Positions 61,706 to 64,000 of a stretch of 64,000 nt of DNA are shown here, piece by piece (the stretch's first letter is position 1; every line of letters starts with the position of its first letter). The position numbers and the translations under genes were made by a program. The stretch is from positions 1,468,689-1,532,688 of the forward strand of contig NMRA01000023.1 of assembly GCA_002633005.1 (NCBI GenBank), given 5' to 3'. The notes under the pieces were generated by a model. It saw only the letters and a program-made list of their open reading frames with translations. It was not told the DNA's origin and made no database searches. Source of the stretch: Phoronis australis. Lineage: Eukaryota; Animalia; Phoronida.

Positions 61706-63701
61706 ATTCAAAATATGACTTTTAAACAATCATGTTCAACTTAATGTCCACCCTTACACTCTGCACTGCTTGTTCATATTTTGTAACTACAGCTTCTGAA
61801 CAGCAACCAATTCATTTACCAGCAACTTAGTACAATCACCACACAATCACTGCATTCTGCCGACATAAATCCAACTCCCTGGATGTACAGTACAGGCCAA
61901 AGTATTCAGAAAAAGTGACCTGGAATTCCATGTCTGTAATAATGCCTGGAATTCCACGTCATGACGAGTAGGTAGAACCCAAATTCATTGGCAAAAGATT
62001 GATTGGTTTTTCTTCATGACCCAGTATGAAGGGGAATGAACAGGAAACTTAGTAAGGTGGCTCAGCCACGCTGTAATTACAATTTTGCACCCAATAAAAG
62101 TTATTACAATTTTGCACCCAATAAAAGTTATTACCAGTCATTTTTGCCCTTAACAGAATTAGCCATCATGATCGGGAAACCAGGTTTTGTCCGATTGCTT
62201 TTGCCTTGCGCTGCACATTGTAAATCCAAATTGAAAAGAGCACCGAAATTTGTCCCGTTTTAAAACCGGAGCAAGTTATCAAGTAACCCCTTCTTAATGC
62301 TCCCAATACAAACATACACCATTACACCACAACATCAATTTATCACACTGGGTTGAGTTAATAAACGTGTTATCACATCACAATATTGTGCTGTCATTAG
62401 TACATAATGGGCCACTACCAGCTACCATAACAAAAACAATACAACATGTTGGAATGTGCCCAAGACTGCATTGCAAACAGTATGCTACAAGTTGTGCTCT
62501 GGTTTTCTACGTGTGCCAAAGTAGTCCAACCTGTCTAAAAAATGAACGTCTGTCAATATTCATAATGATCGCAGATGAAAAACATATTAAAAATAATGCT
62601 ATAAATAGCCACTAGGTGGTGCAGAATAACCAGAGGTCTGTTTGAAAATGGGAAGGTGTCGTCGTGTCCCTCCTTGAAGATATANNNNNNNNNNNNNNNN
62701 NNNNNNNNNNNNNNNNNNNNNNNNNNNNNNNNNNNNNNNNNNNATTCAAAATATGACTTTTAAACAATCATGTTCAACTTAATGTCCACCCTTACACTCT
62801 GCACTGCTTGTTCATATTTTGTAACTCCAGCTTCTGAACAGCAACCAATTCATTTACCAGCAACTTAGTACAATCACCACACAATCACTGCATTCTGCTG
62901 ACATAAATCCAACTCCCTGGATGTACAGTACAGGCCAAAGTATTCAGAAAAAGTGACCTGGAATTCCATTTCTGTAATAATACTTGGAATTCCACGTCAT
63001 GACGAGTAGGTAGAACCCAAATTCATCGGCAAAAGATTGATTGGTTTTTCTTCATGACCCAGTATGAAGGGGAATGAACAGGAAACTTAGTAAGGTGGCT
63101 CACCCACGCTGTAATTACAATTTTGCACCCAATAAAAGTTATTACCAGTCATTTTTGCCCTTAACAGAATTAGCCATCATGATCGGGAAACCATGTTTTG
63201 TCCGATTGCTTTTGCCTTGCGCTGCACATTGTAAATCCAAATTGAAAAGAGCACCGAAATTTGTCCCGTTTTAAAACTGGAGCAAGTTATCAAGTAACCC
63301 CCTTCTTAATGCTCCCAATACAAACATACACTACACCATTACACCACAACATCAATTTATCACACTGGGTTGAGTTAATAAACGTGTTATCACATCACAA
63401 TATTGTGCTGTCATTAGTACATAATGGGCCACTACCAGCTACCATAACAAAAACAATACAACATGTTGGAATGTGCCCAAGACTGCATTGCAAACAGTAT
63501 GCTACAAGTTGTGCTCTGGTTTTCTACGTGTGCCAAAGTAGTCCAACCTGTCTAAAAAATGAACGTCTGTCAATATTCATAATGATCGCAGATGAAAAAC
63601 ATATTAAAAATAATGCTATAAATAGCCACTAGGTGGTGCAGAATAACCAGAGGTCTGTTTGAAAATGGGAAGGTGTCGTCGTGTCCCTCCTTGAAGATAT
63701 A
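61706..63701. repeat. ~960-bp near-identical direct duplication across the N gap (61706-62684 / 62744-63701); probable uncollapsed haplotype overlap
   Basis: The copies abut the gap and differ by SNPs, small indels and a 27-bp tandem duplication in copy 1. Confidence 0.9.
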
Positions 63702-64000
63702 TTAAGGGAAACGTAAAAAATTCTTAAAAGGGAAGTACCATGTCGTCTCTGTAATTGAAGCCTACTTCCAAAATTTCATGAAAATTGGTAAAGAAAGATA
63801 CTGAGGTAAATGTTAAAACACTAAAATTGCCACTAGGGGGCACAGCAGGAATCGGATCCATATGAAAGTCATCGTATCGTAATGCTAAATTTCACGAAGA
63901 GGAATTAGAAAATAGAGGAACAGGCACCGGATGTCCAGACCGAGACGATACCAATAGGCACCCAACATAAACATACGAATGAAACTGACTGACCACATTA

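Noticed and set aside
62036-63632. Duplicated ORF pairs (MNRKLSKVA..., MLSHHNIV...) as tandem paralogues
   Set aside because: They come from the gap-flanking duplication of intronic DNA and show no protein motifs

Overview
AT-rich, intron-rich animal (probably marine invertebrate) draft-assembly scaffold with several N gaps. It is not prokaryotic, and no CRISPR array, operon, tRNA or rRNA was seen. The main gene is on the + strand: 10 hand-spliced coding exons (25580-54642) whose GT-AG junction phases all agree. They give a ~524-aa secreted protein: signal peptide, two F5/8 type C (discoidin) domains and a C-terminal F-type-lectin-like domain lacking the canonical fucose-binding residues. The first ATG is the last three bases of a 61-nt exon 13.6 kb upstream of the signal-peptide exon. 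The terminal coding exon of oligoribonuclease REXO2 lies convergently on the - strand (60252-60333). The rest is non-coding DNA with transposon relics (RNase H fragment, Tx1/L1-like 3' end, piggyBac 5' half, short TIR elements with 5-bp target duplications, foldback MITEs), a degenerate minimal hammerhead ribozyme, minisatellites and two gap-flanking duplications that look like assembly artefacts. No convincing wholly new multi-gene system was found; the discoidin/F-lectin protein, the hammerhead motif and the dimeric 5-bp-TSD elements are the best leads.
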